A DNA stretch of 32,845 bases, counting the filler, from Tricharina praecox (lineage: Eukaryota), in the NCBI RefSeq assembly GCF_024521635.1. It is 7 parts of 7 records of this genome, joined end to end, with 100 filler letters (N's around TTAATTAATTAA, not from the genome) between each part and the next. Parts side by side here need not be neighbours in the genome. Positions count along the whole stretch, not along the records: positions 29,715 to 32,845 come from NW_026250501.1; 6 more parts are not named here. The stretch is one strand, 5' to 3'. A model generated the notes under the pieces. That model saw only the letters and a program-made list of their open reading frames with translations. It made no database searches and had not been told where the DNA came from. This document shows positions 31,989 to 32,845 of this stretch, piece after piece (position 1 is the first letter of the stretch; each line of letters begins with the position of its first letter). A program made the position numbers and the translations under genes.

Positions 31989-32845
31989 ACGAGAGGCGGA
32001 GAACAAGTGATTAAATTGACTGTCTACTTAGTCGAGTGGGCCGGAGAGAATCAGCTCAGGCTTCATGCTATGGAGCTGATCCAAACCCTCGGCCTCGGCC
32101 AACCTGGCCAGCGTTGTGATTTGAGGGTATGTGCTCCCTGCAGCCGATGCATCAGTGCTAACTCTTGTGCAGGGCCTCGCCAGCGCACTCTTATCAGACT
32201 GCACGCTCTCCCTCCGGGCAGCCCATTATCTGCTGCAAGTGTCGATCCAGGCTCCCCGTTTCTTCCGCGCCTAATGAAGAGGACTTCAAGGAGCACGCAG
32301 AGAAACTCTCCGAGTCGGCTCTGATGACGGAGACTCCGAGGAGGAAGAGCGCAAGCCCATTAACACCCCCCCCGGCTGACCGTCCCGAGGGTTAGGCCAT
32401 TCTTTCCTGGCGGAATCGTTTCGCCCGGAAATTTCTATTCCATCACCGCAAAGCGGTGATGGACTGGTGCAAGATCACCCACTCGTGGGAGGAGAAGTTT
32501 GCTCTTATCCTCCACATCTTTGGAGTCAAGAACTACGAGGAGATCGGGGTTGTCTTCCGGTTGGATGTGCTCCGAATGTGGGAATGGACGCGAAAGACCA
32601 GAACAACGCGAAGTGATACTTACTGTATCTTCCAATCGGAGTCATTCGTAAGGTTGCGCGGCAATCCGATCGGAATCTGCTCAATTGCAAAAGCTCAGTT
32701 GCTGGCGGCTAGCGGGGACGGAGGGTTTCTGATGGATTCCGTGCGTTTGCTTTCTTTCTGTTTTTCTTTTGTTTCTGTTTTTCTTTTTTCTTTCTTACAT
32801 CATGGTATGTCAATTGAAGCTAACACTTCCGGAAAGACAATGCGG

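Noticed and set aside
32435..32635. 66-aa minus-strand ORF
   Set aside because: Short, non-ATG start, no motif
1..32845. CRISPR arrays, rRNA, tRNA or env-like genes
   Set aside because: No repeat-spacer array, structural RNA gene or extra ORF between pol and LTR seen

Overview
Fungal (ascomycete-like) repeat-rich DNA made of seven contigs joined by artificial 100-bp spacers (44 N + TTAATTAATTAA + 44 N). Contig lengths fall steadily, so adjacency across spacers is not biological. Five contigs are nests of chromodomain-bearing Ty3/gypsy LTR retrotransposons from two families: A (LTR TGTCACGG...CCGTTACA) and B (LTR TGTGACAC...TCTCACA). One family-A element is full length with apparently identical LTRs (380-6572). 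Neither family has a tRNA primer-binding site; each PBS is complementary to a segment of its own LTR (Tf1-type self-priming), with a reciprocal change in one copy. Family A shows a -1 frameshift cassette (G GGA AAA plus a 10-bp stem) and a pol frame that runs into the 3' LTR. A 111-bp structured TG...CA mini-element occurs twice, once with a perfect 5-bp TSD. A (TTAGGG)n tract is joined directly onto a broken RNase H coding sequence, suggesting telomere healing. The two non-TE contigs hold an NLR-like ankyrin pseudogene, WD40 and kinase relics, and a possible small spliced gene.
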